Source of the DNA: an uncultured Actinomycetes bacterium
GTDB taxonomy: Bacteria > Actinomycetota > UBA4738 > HRBIN12
Direction: 5' to 3'
Assembly (NCBI GenBank): GCA_963776425.1
Contig: CAVZMG010000002.1
Coordinates: forward strand, 609,650 to 673,649
DNA: 64,000 bases
This document shows positions 24,586 to 34,657 of the stretch, piece after piece. A program made the translations under genes and the position numbers. Position 1 is the first letter of the stretch; each line of letters begins with the position of its first letter. Under the pieces are notes generated by a model. That model saw only the letters and a list, made by a program, of their open reading frames with translations. It ran no database searches and had not been told where the DNA came from.

Positions 24586-26255
24586 TCGAAGAACGGCTGC
24601 TGGCGCTGATCCGCGCGGCGCTCGAGGCGGCCGCCCCCGGTCTGGGGATCGACGGGGAGCTGCCCGAACCCGAGCTGCTCGCTCCGAAGCAGAAGGATCA
24701 CGGCGACTTCGCCACGAACGTGGCACTCGCGCTCGCGTCCAGGGCCGGCCGCAACCCGCGTGAGGTCGCCGAGGCGATCCGAGCGGCGTTCCCCGACGCG
24801 GCGTTCCTCGCGCGGGTCGAGGTGGCCGGACCCGGATTCCTCAACCTGTTCCTCACCCATGAGTGGCTCCACGACGCCCTCCGCGATGTGATCGAACGAG
24901 GCGCCGAGTTCGGGCGCTCGGCGCCCAACGGGAAGCGTGTGCAGGTCGAGTTCGTGAGCGCCAACCCGACTGGCCCTTTGACGGTGGCCCACGCACGGAA
25001 CGCCGCGATCGGTGACGCACTCGCCCGGCTCCTGGAGCGCACGGGCTGGTCGGTGGAGCGCGAGTATTACTTCAACGACGCCGGCGGTCAGATGGATCGG
25101 TTCGGCCTATCGGTCGAGGCGCGGTTCCTCCAAGAGCTCGGCCGGCAAGCCGAGGTGCCCGAGGATGGCTATCACGGCGCGTACGTCGCGGATATCGCTC
25201 GCGACATCCTCCGAGCGGAAGGGCCGGAACTCGCGGAGCTTCCCGAGCCGGACCGGCTGGTCCGTTTCCGCGATCTGGGGGCGGAACGCGCTATGGCGTC
25301 GATCCAGGCGACGCTCGATCGCTTCCACGTCCGGTTCGACGTCTATCGATCCGAGAGCGAACTGGCCGATGCCGGCGAGATCGACGAGGCGATCGACCGG
25401 CTGCGGAAGGCCGGGTGCATCTACGAGGCCGAGGGTGCCGTCTGGTTCCGTTCGACGGCCTTCGGCGACGACAAGGACCGGGTCGTGATCCGTTCGAACG
25501 GCGTCCACACGTACTTCGCGGCCGACTGTGCGTATGTCATCGACAAATTCTCTCGAGGGTTCGACCACCTCGTGTACGTCTGGGGCGCTGACCATCACGG
25601 CGACATCGCGCGGGTGAAGGGTGCAGCCGAAGCGCTGGGGTACGAGCCCGACGCGGTGGAGCTGCTGATCCACCAATGGGTGGCGTTCCTGCGTGAAGGC
25701 GTCCCGGTCCCCATGGGTAAGCGCAGCGGCAACTTCATCACGCTCGACCAGCTGATCGACGAGGTCGGGACCGATGCCGCCCGGTTCACGCTCCTCCAGT
25801 ATTCGAGCGACTCCGCGTTGAACTTCGACATCGAACAGGTGAAGCAGCAGACGATGGAGAACCCGGTCTACTACGTCCAGTACGGCCACGCGCGGATCGC
25901 GTCGATCCTCCGGAAGGCGGATGCGGAGGGAGTGGCGATGGCTCCGTTCTCCGATGCCGACCTCGCGCTCCTCGAGCACGAGGCCGAGCTGGAGCTCCTC
26001 CGGGGGATCGAGGAGGTTCCGGGTCAGTTGCGACTGGCCGCAGACCAGCGCGCCCCGCATCGGATCACGCATGCGGCGCAAGGGCTCGCGGCGCGGTTCC
26101 ACCGCTTCTACAGCGAATGCCGCGTCGTCTCCGAGGACGAAGCGCTGACCCAGGCCCGCCTGTGGCTGTGCGCCGGGACGAAGCAGGCCCTGGCGAGCCT
26201 CCTCGGCGTGCTCGGGGTATCGGCGCCCGAGTCGATGGAGCGTGAGGATGGATGA
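24582..26255 (+). CDS. argS: arginine--tRNA ligase
   Basis: 557 aa; HIGH-like motif SANPTGPLTVAHARN and the C-terminal anticodon-binding domain. Confidence 0.9.
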   Translation: MIEERLLALIRAALEAAAPGLGIDGELPEPELLAPKQKDHGDFATNVALALASRAGRNPREVAEAIRAAFPDAAFLARVEVAGPGFLNLFLTHEWLHDALRDVIERGAEFGRSAPNGKRVQVEFVSANPTGPLTVAHARNAAIGDALARLLERTGWSVEREYYFNDAGGQMDRFGLSVEARFLQELGRQAEVPEDGYHGAYVADIARDILRAEGPELAELPEPDRLVRFRDLGAERAMASIQATLDRFHVRFDVYRSESELADAGEIDEAIDRLRKAGCIYEAEGAVWFRSTAFGDDKDRVVIRSNGVHTYFAADCAYVIDKFSRGFDHLVYVWGADHHGDIARVKGAAEALGYEPDAVELLIHQWVAFLREGVPVPMGKRSGNFITLDQLIDEVGTDAARFTLLQYSSDSALNFDIEQVKQQTMENPVYYVQYGHARIASILRKADAEGVAMAPFSDADLALLEHEAELELLRGIEEVPGQLRLAADQRAPHRITHAAQGLAARFHRFYSECRVVSEDEALTQARLWLCAGTKQALASLLGVLGVSAPESMEREDG

Positions 26256-26787
26256 GCCGCGGGTCGCGCCTCCCGCGGGGATCGCCCTGCGGCCCGCGCG
26301 GCCGCGCGACGCCGGCTCGTTCCAAACGTTCTGGCGCGGGATCGTCTCGGAGGGGCGCTACGTGCGGAGCGAAGAGGTCAGCACGCCCGCCCGGGTCTAC
26401 CGCTCCCGGTTCCGCCGCTCGTGGACCGAACAGGAGGCGCAGATCGTCGCGCTGGACGGCGAACGTGTGGTCGGGCACATCTACGTGCAGCGCGAGCAGC
26501 ACCCGGTGACGCAACACGTCGCCACCATCGGCCTTGCCGTGGCCGAGGATCATCGTGGGCGGGGGATCGGCGCGGCGCTCATGACCGAAGCGTTCCGCTG
26601 GAGCAGGAGCGTCGGCGTCGAGAAGATCGTGCTGTCCGTCTATCCCTACAACGAGGCCGCGATCGCGCTCTACCGGCGGTTCGGGTTCGTGGAGGAAGGC
26701 CGCCTCGTGGGACACTCGAAGAAGTCTTCGGGGTATGAAGACGAGCTCCTACTGTCGGCGTGGATCGGGGAGGACCGGGCCTCGTGA
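26242..26787 (+). CDS. GNAT family N-acetyltransferase
   Basis: RGRGIGAALMTEAF...ALYRRFGF motif. Occupies the position taken by lysA in the Mtb argS-lysA-hom arrangement. Confidence 0.65.
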   Translation: MRMDEPRVAPPAGIALRPARPRDAGSFQTFWRGIVSEGRYVRSEEVSTPARVYRSRFRRSWTEQEAQIVALDGERVVGHIYVQREQHPVTQHVATIGLAVAEDHRGRGIGAALMTEAFRWSRSVGVEKIVLSVYPYNEAAIALYRRFGFVEEGRLVGHSKKSSGYEDELLLSAWIGEDRAS

Positions 26788-28073
26788 GCGAGCGGATCGT
26801 GCGGGTCGGGCTCCTGGGATGCGGCACCGTCGGATCGGCGGTCGTGCGCATCGTGCACGACCACGGCGACGACATCGCCGCCCGCACCGGCTGCAGATTG
26901 GAGATCGCGCGTATCGCGGTCCGCGACCCCGGACGCAGCCGAGATGTGCCGTTGGATCCCGCCGTGTTCACCGGGGACGCCGAGGCGGTGGTCGACGACC
27001 CGACGATCGATGTCGTGTGCGAGCTGATGGGTGGGATAGAACCCGCGCGATCGCTGATCCTGCGAGCGTTCGCCGCCGGGAAGCCGGTCGTTACCGGGAA
27101 CAAGGAGCTGCTGGCGAACTCCGGCAAGGAGCTGTTCGACGCGTCCGATGCCGCGGAGGTCGACCTCGCGTTCGAAGCGGCCGTCGCCGGCGGGATCCCC
27201 TTGATCCGCCCTCTCAAAGGATCCCTTGTGGGGGAGCGAGTGTCACGGCTGCTGGGCATCGTGAACGGGACGACGAACTACATCTTGACGCAGATGTCCG
27301 AGCACGGGTGGTCGTTCGCGGACGCGCTCGCTGAAGCGCAACGATTGGGGTATGCCGAAGCGGATCCAGCGGCGGACGTGGATGGCTCGGACGCTGCGGC
27401 GAAGTGCGCCATCCTGGCGTCGATCGCGTTCAACACGCGGGTCGTCGCCGCCGACGTCTTCCGAGAAGGCATCACGGACATCCAGGCCCAGGACATCGCG
27501 GACGCCGCCCGGCTCGGCTACGTGGTCAAGCTGCTCGCGATCGCCGAACTGGAGGACGGTGAGGTGTCCGCCCGCGTCCATCCGGCGATGGTGCCGATCG
27601 CGCATCCTCTCGCGTCGGTCCGTGACGCGTTCAACGCCGTCTTCGTCGAAGGGGAGCGCGTCGGCCAACTGATGTTCTACGGGCGCGGGGCCGGGGGTGA
27701 TCCGACCGCCACGGCGGTCGTGGGAGATCTCGTCGACGTGGCGCGCAATCGGCTGGCCGGCACCCGGGGGATCGGTTGCACGTGCGTGTACGAGCGTCGG
27801 ATCCGTTCGATGGATGACACCCATGGCCAGTACTACCTCAACCTGCACGTCGAAGACCGGCCGGGCGTGCTTGCTGAGATCGCGGATCACTTCGGCCGCA
27901 ACGGCGTGTCGATCGAACGCGTCTGGCAGGAGGGGTTCGGCGACGAGGCGGCGCTCGTCTTCGTCACGCACCGAGCGCAGGAAGGCGCGTTCCAGGAGAC
28001 GCTCCAGCAGCTTCGCGAGCTCTCGGCCGTTCGCGCGGTCTCGAGCGTGCTGCGCGTGGAGGGCGAAGAGTGA
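26760..28073 (+). CDS. hom: homoserine dehydrogenase
   Basis: [15 protein letters not shown]-binding N-terminus and a C-terminal ACT domain. The start may be the GTG near 26784. Confidence 0.85.
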   Translation: MDRGGPGLVSERIVRVGLLGCGTVGSAVVRIVHDHGDDIAARTGCRLEIARIAVRDPGRSRDVPLDPAVFTGDAEAVVDDPTIDVVCELMGGIEPARSLILRAFAAGKPVVTGNKELLANSGKELFDASDAAEVDLAFEAAVAGGIPLIRPLKGSLVGERVSRLLGIVNGTTNYILTQMSEHGWSFADALAEAQRLGYAEADPAADVDGSDAAAKCAILASIAFNTRVVAADVFREGITDIQAQDIADAARLGYVVKLLAIAELEDGEVSARVHPAMVPIAHPLASVRDAFNAVFVEGERVGQLMFYGRGAGGDPTATAVVGDLVDVARNRLAGTRGIGCTCVYERRIRSMDDTHGQYYLNLHVEDRPGVLAEIADHFGRNGVSIERVWQEGFGDEAALVFVTHRAQEGAFQETLQQLRELSAVRAVSSVLRVEGEE

Positions 28074-29143
28074 GCGAAGGCAGGGGGGAGGCGAGACCCC
28101 AATGGCGCGGCGTCATCGAGGAATACCGACGCCGGCTCCCCGTGTCCGACGCGACCCCGGTGGTGTCGTTGCAAGAAGGTGGAACGCCGCTCGTGCGCTC
28201 CGGCCCGCTCTCCGACGAGACCGGCTGCGACGTCTGGCTGAAGTTCGAGGGGGCGAACCCGACGGGCTCGTTCAAGGATCGTGGCATGACGCTCGCCATC
28301 AGCAAGGCCGTCGAGGAAGGCGCGAAGGCCGTCGTGTGCGCCTCGACCGGCAACACGTCGGCAAGCGCCGCCGCCTATGCCGCCAAGGCCGGATTGACCT
28401 GCGCCGTGCTCGTGCCGAAAGGCAAGATCGCTATGGGCAAGATGGCGCAGACGCTCATCCACGGTGCGCGCGTCCTTGAGGTCGACGGGAACTTCGACGC
28501 GTCGTTGGAACTTGCCAAGGATCTGGCGGAACGCTACCCGGTGACGCTCGTCAACTCCGTCAACCCGTTCCGGCTGCAAGGACAGAAGACCGCGGCGTTC
28601 GAGATCTGCGACGCGCTTGGTCGCGCGCCCGACATCCATTGTGTCCCGGTCGGCAACGCAGGGAACATCTCCAGCCACTGGCTCGGATATTCGGAGTACC
28701 TCGCGGACGGGGTGATCGCCGAGCCGCCGCAGCTGTTCGGGTTCCAGGCTCAGGGGGCCGCCCCGATCGTGCTCGGCGCACCCGTGAAAGACCCGCAGAC
28801 GATCGCCACCGCGATCAGGATCGGCAACCCGGCGTCCTGGGACAAGGCGGTCGCCGCGGCCACCGAGTCCGAAGGTGCCATCTCGGCGGTCACCGATCGC
28901 GAGATCCTGGCCGCCTACCGCCGGGTCGCCCGCGAAGGGCTCTTCGCGGAGCCGGCGTCGGCCGCGAGCGTCGCAGGGCTACTCCAGCTCCACGCGAAGG
29001 GCACGCTCCCCAGCCGGGCCACCGTGGTCTGCGTCCTGACGGGTCATGGATTGAAGGATCCGGAGTGGGCCATCTCCGGGGCCCCGCATCCCGCCGCGGT
29101 TCCCGCGGATCCGGTCGCGGTCGCCACCGAGCTGGGACTGTAG
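28070..29143 (+). CDS. thrC: threonine synthase
   Basis: PLP motif [14 protein letters not shown]. Confidence 0.85.
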   Translation: MSEGRGEARPQWRGVIEEYRRRLPVSDATPVVSLQEGGTPLVRSGPLSDETGCDVWLKFEGANPTGSFKDRGMTLAISKAVEEGAKAVVCASTGNTSASAAAYAAKAGLTCAVLVPKGKIAMGKMAQTLIHGARVLEVDGNFDASLELAKDLAERYPVTLVNSVNPFRLQGQKTAAFEICDALGRAPDIHCVPVGNAGNISSHWLGYSEYLADGVIAEPPQLFGFQAQGAAPIVLGAPVKDPQTIATAIRIGNPASWDKAVAAATESEGAISAVTDREILAAYRRVAREGLFAEPASAASVAGLLQLHAKGTLPSRATVVCVLTGHGLKDPEWAISGAPHPAAVPADPVAVATELGL

Positions 29144-29145
29144 AG

Positions 29146-30003
29146 GTGCGGCTCACCGCCCGCGTCCCGGCGACGTCGGCCAACCTCGGCCCGGGGTTCG
29201 ACTGCTTCGGCCTCGCGCTGGATCTGTGGAACGACGTCGTGATCGACACGGAGGGTGATCCGGGCGTCACGTGGGAAGGTGAGGGCGCCGACGAGCTCCC
29301 GACCGACGGCTCCGACCTGGTGAGCCGAGCGATGGCGCACGCTGCGCGAGCGGGCGGCGCTCCGCTCCCGCCGCTCGCGCTCCGTGGCGTGAACCGGATA
29401 CCGCTCGAGCGTGGGTTGGGTTCGTCGGCCGCGGCCACCGTGGTCGGGATCGCGGTCGCCGATCGCCTGCTGGGCCTGGGGTTCGAGCCGGAGGAGACGC
29501 TCGAGCTGGCCGGCGAACTGGAGGGTCACCCGGACAACGCCGCCGCTGCGATCGCGGGCGGGTTCACGTTGGCGTTCGGAGACGGGGTGATCCGCCTGGA
29601 CGCGCATCCGTCGCTCAACCCGATCGCGCTGATCCCGCTCGACATCCGGTTGTCGACCAGCGAAGCGCGCGCGGCGCTCCTCGACGTGGTGGGACGTCCC
29701 GAGGCCGTCTTCAACGCCGGTCACGCGGCGGCAACGGTCGTTGCGCTCACATCGGAGCCGGCGCTGCTGACGCAGACGCTCCGGGATCGGCTCCATCAGG
29801 AAGCGCGGCTCGCGCTCGTGCCCGAGGTGAAGACGGTGTTCGACGACCTCACGCGGGCGGGCATCCCCGTCTGCGTGAGCGGTGCGGGACCCACGCTCCT
29901 CGCCTTCGAGCTCCCGGGGACTCCGGTGCCCGACCTCGGAGAGCGGTGGCGTATCCTCCGGCTTGCCGTGGCGCCGACCGGTGTCGGTGTCGGAGAGGCG
30001 TGA
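29146..30003 (+). CDS. thrB: homoserine kinase
   Basis: GHMP kinase motifs PATSANLGPGFDCFGLAL and PLERGLGSSAA. GTG start sits directly after the thrC stop. Confidence 0.8.
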   Translation: MRLTARVPATSANLGPGFDCFGLALDLWNDVVIDTEGDPGVTWEGEGADELPTDGSDLVSRAMAHAARAGGAPLPPLALRGVNRIPLERGLGSSAAATVVGIAVADRLLGLGFEPEETLELAGELEGHPDNAAAAIAGGFTLAFGDGVIRLDAHPSLNPIALIPLDIRLSTSEARAALLDVVGRPEAVFNAGHAAATVVALTSEPALLTQTLRDRLHQEARLALVPEVKTVFDDLTRAGIPVCVSGAGPTLLAFELPGTPVPDLGERWRILRLAVAPTGVGVGEA

Positions 30004-30006
30004 GCC

Positions 30007-30798
30007 ATGACCGAACTTGAGGGCAGGGCGGCGCTGATCACCGGCGGCACGACCGGTATCGGGTTCGCGATCGCCGAAGCGTTCCTTCGCGAGGGGGCGC
30101 GGGTCGTGATCACCGGTCGCGACACGGAGCTCGGGGCGCAGGCGGAGTCCAGGCTCCGCGCGTGGGGTGAGGCTCGGTTCCTGAAGGCGGACGCCGCCGA
30201 TCCGGCTCAGGTGACCGATTCGGTCGACCGCGCCGTTACGCTGCTCGGTGGGATCGACGTACTGGTGAACAACGCCGGCATCGGCGTCCTCGCGACGCCG
30301 CTCGAAACACCGCTCGGTGACTACGATCGCGTCATGTCGGTGAACGTCAGAGGGTGTCTGCTCTACGCGCAGGCATGTATGTCGTTCCTGGAAGCCCGGA
30401 ACGGAGTGATGATCCATATCTCTTCCGACGCAGCGGTCATGGGCCAGGTTGAGATCGGGATCTACTCCGTCTCGAAGGCCGCTGTGAACATGCTGTCGGC
30501 GATGCTGGCGATCGAATGCGGTCGACGAGGCGTCCGGTCGAACGTGATCGCGCCGGGCGACATCGAGCCCGGGATGCGGCACTTCGGTGTGCCCGGAGCC
30601 CCAGATCGCCCCGAGGACGACCCGGCCGGGTGGGACCGGCCCCCGCTCGGGCGGATCGGCCGCGCCGACGACGTGGCGCAGGCGGCCGTCTACCTCGCGA
30701 GCGACCGAGCGGCCTTCGTGAACGGGGTGACCCTCCTCGTGGATGGCGGCATGCGCGCCGGCTTCAACACGGCCACGCCCGCACCGGAACCCGACTAG
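30007..30798 (+). CDS. SDR family oxidoreductase
   Basis: TGGTTGIGFAIA Rossmann motif, NNAG, and the YSVSKAA catalytic motif. Confidence 0.75.
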   Translation: MTELEGRAALITGGTTGIGFAIAEAFLREGARVVITGRDTELGAQAESRLRAWGEARFLKADAADPAQVTDSVDRAVTLLGGIDVLVNNAGIGVLATPLETPLGDYDRVMSVNVRGCLLYAQACMSFLEARNGVMIHISSDAAVMGQVEIGIYSVSKAAVNMLSAMLAIECGRRGVRSNVIAPGDIEPGMRHFGVPGAPDRPEDDPAGWDRPPLGRIGRADDVAQAAVYLASDRAAFVNGVTLLVDGGMRAGFNTATPAPEPD

Positions 30799-30825
30799 CC
30801 CATCTCCCGGCCTTACACTGCCGGT

Positions 30826-31611
30826 GTGGTCACGATCGCCCACATCTCCGATCCGCACGTCGGGTCGCCGTACTTCGTCCCCAACCTGATGAACCGTGTC
30901 ATCGCCGAGCTCAACGAGCTGCGACCCGATGCTGTGGTCGTCTCCGGAGATCTGACGAGCGAGGGCTTCCGTCAGGAGTACAAGAGCTGGGTCGCCTACG
31001 CGGAGCGGATCGAGGCGCCTGTCTACACCGTGCCCGGCAACCACGATTCCCGCAACGTCGGCTACCTGCATTTCGAGGATCTGATCGGTCCGCGCAACTG
31101 GTCGGTCGACATCGGCGGCGTGCGCGTGGTCGGCATGGACTCGTCGGAACCCGATCAGAACGAAGGCAAGATCGGGCGTGGTCACTATGAGTGGATCTCC
31201 CGCGAGTTCCTCCAGCCAGCGGACCTGAAGGTCTTCGTGCTCCACCATCACCTGCTGCCGATCCCCGGCACCGGCCGAGAGCGAAGCACGGTGATGGACG
31301 CGGGCGACCTCTTGGAGGTGCTCGTGCATGCCGGGGTCGATGTGGTGCTCTCGGGACACAAGCATGTGCCGTACGTCTGGCACCTCGAAGACCTCTACAT
31401 CGCGAACGCCGGCACCGTTTCGTCGCTGCGGGTGCGCGGCTACACGAAGCCTTGCTACAACGTGTTGGAGTTCGCGGGAGGCGAGGTGAAGATCCACCGG
31501 AAGTTCCCGTTCGGGGACGATCAGGTCATGACGCATTTCTCGCTCGCGGGGACCGAGCTCCATCGGGAGCAGGAGCGCTCTGTGCAGGAACGCGTCGTCC
31601 CGGTCGAATAG
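30826..31611 (+). CDS. metallophosphoesterase (calcineurin-like)
   Basis: ISDPHVG, GDLTSEG, GNHD and GHKH metal-binding motifs. Confidence 0.7.
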   Translation: MVTIAHISDPHVGSPYFVPNLMNRVIAELNELRPDAVVVSGDLTSEGFRQEYKSWVAYAERIEAPVYTVPGNHDSRNVGYLHFEDLIGPRNWSVDIGGVRVVGMDSSEPDQNEGKIGRGHYEWISREFLQPADLKVFVLHHHLLPIPGTGRERSTVMDAGDLLEVLVHAGVDVVLSGHKHVPYVWHLEDLYIANAGTVSSLRVRGYTKPCYNVLEFAGGEVKIHRKFPFGDDQVMTHFSLAGTELHREQERSVQERVVPVE

Positions 31612-31670
31612 CGATACGCCGACGCCCAACCATCACATCCGCACACGACGAGAGAGGGGTCTCCCGAGCC

Positions 31671-33017
31671 ATGCGGGTCGTCGTCCTGGTGGACGGAGAG
31701 CACTATCCACCGGTCACACGGTGGGGGATCGAGACTGCCCGCGAGCGCGGTTACGACGTGGCGGGCGCGCTCCTGGTCGGTGGGACCGAGAAGCTAGATC
31801 CCGGTTCCACACCCGACTTCGGCGTCTCGACACGGGCAGCCGGCCCAGATCGGATGGCGGCCCTCGCGGCAGCGATCGCGGAGTTCTCGCCCGAGGCCGT
31901 CCTCGATCTCTCCGACGAACCCGTGCTCGGGTATCGGGAGCGTATGGAGCTCGCGGCCGTCGCGCTCATCCATCGGCTGCCCTACATCGGTGCTGACTTC
32001 CGGCTGGACCCACCGATCGCTGGACCACCGCTCGTGGGGCCCACGCTCGCTGTGATCGGGACCGGCAAGCGGACCGGCAAGACGGCGATCGCCGGGGAGG
32101 TTGCGCGTCTCGCGGACCGGCGGGGTCTCGCTCCCGTCGTCGTGGCGATGGGTCGAGGAGGGCCTGAGGATCCGCAGGTCGCGGAGGCGGGATCCGTGGA
32201 TGTTGCCGGGCTGGTCGAACGGGTCCGCCGAGGGGAGCACGCGGCGTCGGACTACCTCGAGGATGCGATCACCACCGGCGTGACGACGATCGGTGCGCGA
32301 CGCGTCGGGGGAGGGCTCGCCGGCGCACCGTTCGTCACCAACGTGCGGGAGGCGGCCGAGCTCGCGGCGGCCCGGGACCCCGGGGTCGTGATCTTGGAGG
32401 GGAGCGGCGCCTCGGTGCCTTCGATCCCGTGGGATGCGGGCGTGTTGGTGGTGCCGGCGTCGGCGCCCCCCGAATACCTGGGCGGCTACCTCGGTCCGTT
32501 CCGGCTCTTGTTGTCGGACCTGGTGGTTGTTACCATGGCAGCCGGCCCAGTCACTGGGCATGAGAACCTCTCCGCACTTCGCTCCCACGTCCGCCGCTTC
32601 CTCGATGACCCGCGGCAGATCATCCTGACCGACTTCATCCCGGTACCGCTGGAAGACGTGAAGGGCGAACGGGTGTTCTTCACCACGACGGCACCCGGGG
32701 CCGTGGCTGCGAGGCAGGTCGAACATCTCGAGGCCACGCACGGATGCACGGTGGTGGGGTGGAGCGCCCGGCTGGCCGAACGGGCCGGTCTGGCGGAGGA
32801 CTTGGAGGGAGCCGAGGGGTTCGACATCCTCCTGACGGAGCTGAAGGCTGCCGCCGTCGACATCGGCGTCGAGCGTGCCCTCGCCCGCGGAGCGGGGGTC
32901 GTGTTCGTCGACAACCGGGCGATCGTGGTCGAGGGCGACACGGATCTCGACACGGCGCTCGGTCGGGTGATCGACCTGGCCATCGAACGAGGCCGAGGGA
33001 CGAGGGAGCAAGCGTGA
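31671..33017 (+). CDS. cpgS: cyclic 2,3-diphosphoglycerate synthetase-like protein
   Basis: 448 aa. N-terminus MRVVVLVDGEHYPPV and the overall pattern match my recollection of the methanogen cDPGS family. ATG at 31671 is preceded by GAGAGAGGGG. The 608-aa ORF from 31191 is an arginine-rich artefactual extension. Confidence 0.55.
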   Translation: MRVVVLVDGEHYPPVTRWGIETARERGYDVAGALLVGGTEKLDPGSTPDFGVSTRAAGPDRMAALAAAIAEFSPEAVLDLSDEPVLGYRERMELAAVALIHRLPYIGADFRLDPPIAGPPLVGPTLAVIGTGKRTGKTAIAGEVARLADRRGLAPVVVAMGRGGPEDPQVAEAGSVDVAGLVERVRRGEHAASDYLEDAITTGVTTIGARRVGGGLAGAPFVTNVREAAELAAARDPGVVILEGSGASVPSIPWDAGVLVVPASAPPEYLGGYLGPFRLLLSDLVVVTMAAGPVTGHENLSALRSHVRRFLDDPRQIILTDFIPVPLEDVKGERVFFTTTAPGAVAARQVEHLEATHGCTVVGWSARLAERAGLAEDLEGAEGFDILLTELKAAAVDIGVERALARGAGVVFVDNRAIVVEGDTDLDTALGRVIDLAIERGRGTREQA

Positions 33018-33994
33018 TGGAGAAGGGAACCAAGACCCCCCATATCGTGATCTCGGATCGCGAGCCGGGGCTGCCGTATTCCAAGGGACTCATGGCGTCC
33101 CAGGTGATGGTGACCGGTCTGTCGCCCTTCCGGGCCTACCAGGTGGCGGAGGAGATCGAGGACCGCTTGCGCGAGCGGGGCTCCACGTCCCTCACGACGC
33201 ACGAACTCTCCGAGCTCGCACTCGAGGTCCTGACGCAGGTCGCCGGCGACCGGTACGCCAAGAACTTCCTACGGTGGCGGGAGGTCGAGAAGCTGGACGT
33301 GCCTATCGTGATCCTGATCGGTGGCGCGACCGGCGTCGGGAAGTCCACGATCGCCACGCAGCTCGCGGCGCGCCTCGGCATCGTGCGGTTCGTCGCGACC
33401 GATGCGATCCGCGAGGTCATGCGCTCGATGTTCTCGCCCGAGCTGATGCCCACCCTGCACACGTCGTCGTTCGAGGCCGACGCCGCGCTCCGCGAGCCAC
33501 CGACCCGTGAGGTCGATCCGTTGATCGTCGGCTTCCGCGAGCAGACCGCCGCGGTCGCCGTGGGGATCCACGCGCTGATCGAGCGAGCGGCCCTCGAGGG
33601 AACGAGCATCATCATCGAGGGTGCCCACGTCGTGCCCGGGTTCTTCGACCTGGAGGCGTTCGCGGGGCGGATCCTGGCGGTGCCGTTCGTCATCTCCGTC
33701 GACGACGAGGAACGTCATCGCTCGCACTTCGGCGCGCGGGAAGACTCCATCGCCGCACGCCCGGCGCAGCGGTACGCCAACGGCTTCGCGAACATCCGCC
33801 GGCTCCAGACGTACGTGAAGAGCCAGGCACTGTCCCACGACGTGCCGGTGATCCCGAACTACGGCTTCGATCAGTCGATCGCTGCGGTGATCGACCTGGT
33901 GATGGAACGGGCCACGGCGCGTGCCGAGGAGGTCGCCGACGGCGCCCACCCCGCCGAGCCGGCCCAGCCCGCACTGAAAGGACGGACGACATGA
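33017..33994 (+). CDS. 2-phosphoglycerate kinase-like protein
   Basis: Walker A GGATGVGKSTIA preceded by a ~100-aa N-terminal domain, the architecture of archaeal 2PGK. The start overlaps the cpgS stop (GTGATG, with GAGGGAG as RBS). Confidence 0.55.
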   Translation: MEKGTKTPHIVISDREPGLPYSKGLMASQVMVTGLSPFRAYQVAEEIEDRLRERGSTSLTTHELSELALEVLTQVAGDRYAKNFLRWREVEKLDVPIVILIGGATGVGKSTIATQLAARLGIVRFVATDAIREVMRSMFSPELMPTLHTSSFEADAALREPPTREVDPLIVGFREQTAAVAVGIHALIERAALEGTSIIIEGAHVVPGFFDLEAFAGRILAVPFVISVDDEERHRSHFGAREDSIAARPAQRYANGFANIRRLQTYVKSQALSHDVPVIPNYGFDQSIAAVIDLVMERATARAEEVADGAHPAEPAQPALKGRTT

Positions 33995-34653
33995 GGCTGT
34001 TCCTCGACACCGCGAGCATCGAGGAGATCCGCGAGATCAACCGCTGGGGCGTCCTGAAGGGTGTCACGACGAATCCGTCGCTCGTGGCGAAAGAGAACGA
34101 GGACCCCGACGCGGTATGGAAGCTGATCCTGGACGAGGTCGACGGCGACATCTCGCTCGAGACCACTGCGCCGCAGGCGGACGCGATGTACCAGGAAGGG
34201 CTCCGGCTCGCTGAGAAGTCGCCGAAAGCGGTCGTGAAGGTGCCGATGACACCCGACGGGCTTCAGTGCGGCAAGCGACTGACCGATGAGGGGATACGGA
34301 TCAACGTGACGCTGGTGTTCTCACCGGCGCAGGCGATCCTCGCCGCCGAGATCGGCGCGTACATCGTCTCTCCGTTCCTCGGACGCCTCGATGACGTCGG
34401 GAGCGATGGCATGTACATGCTCCGGCAGATCTGCGAGGTCTTCCAGATGCAGGGATACGAAACCAACGTCTTAGCGGCATCGCTCCGCCATCCGATGCAC
34501 GTGATCGATGCAGCGCTCGCGGGCGCCGACATCGCGACGATGCCGTACGACGTCTTCACCAAGCTGGTGAAGCATCCACTGACCGACAGCGGTCTGGAGA
34601 AGTTCCAGGCCGATTGGACGAAGCTCCAGAACGAGTTGAAGGGAGAGGCATAG
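33991..34653 (+). CDS. tal: transaldolase / fructose-6-phosphate aldolase (short TalC/Fsa type)
   Basis: 220 aa; [11 protein letters not shown]...GVTTNPSL...VKVP motifs with a Schiff-base lysine context. Confidence 0.8.
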   Translation: MRLFLDTASIEEIREINRWGVLKGVTTNPSLVAKENEDPDAVWKLILDEVDGDISLETTAPQADAMYQEGLRLAEKSPKAVVKVPMTPDGLQCGKRLTDEGIRINVTLVFSPAQAILAAEIGAYIVSPFLGRLDDVGSDGMYMLRQICEVFQMQGYETNVLAASLRHPMHVIDAALAGADIATMPYDVFTKLVKHPLTDSGLEKFQADWTKLQNELKGEA

Positions 34654-34657
34654 CCTC

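Noticed and set aside
29044-31629. 861-aa minus-strand ORF antisense to thrB, SDR and the metallophosphoesterase
   Set aside because: No recognisable domains. RxxR-rich low-complexity translation. The + strand here encodes three well-supported genes.
31191-31670. Upstream part of the 608-aa ORF 31191-33017
   Set aside because: Its N-terminal 160 aa are arginine-rich and overlap the metallophosphoesterase gene. The conserved cDPGS-like N-terminus begins at ATG 31671, which has an RBS.
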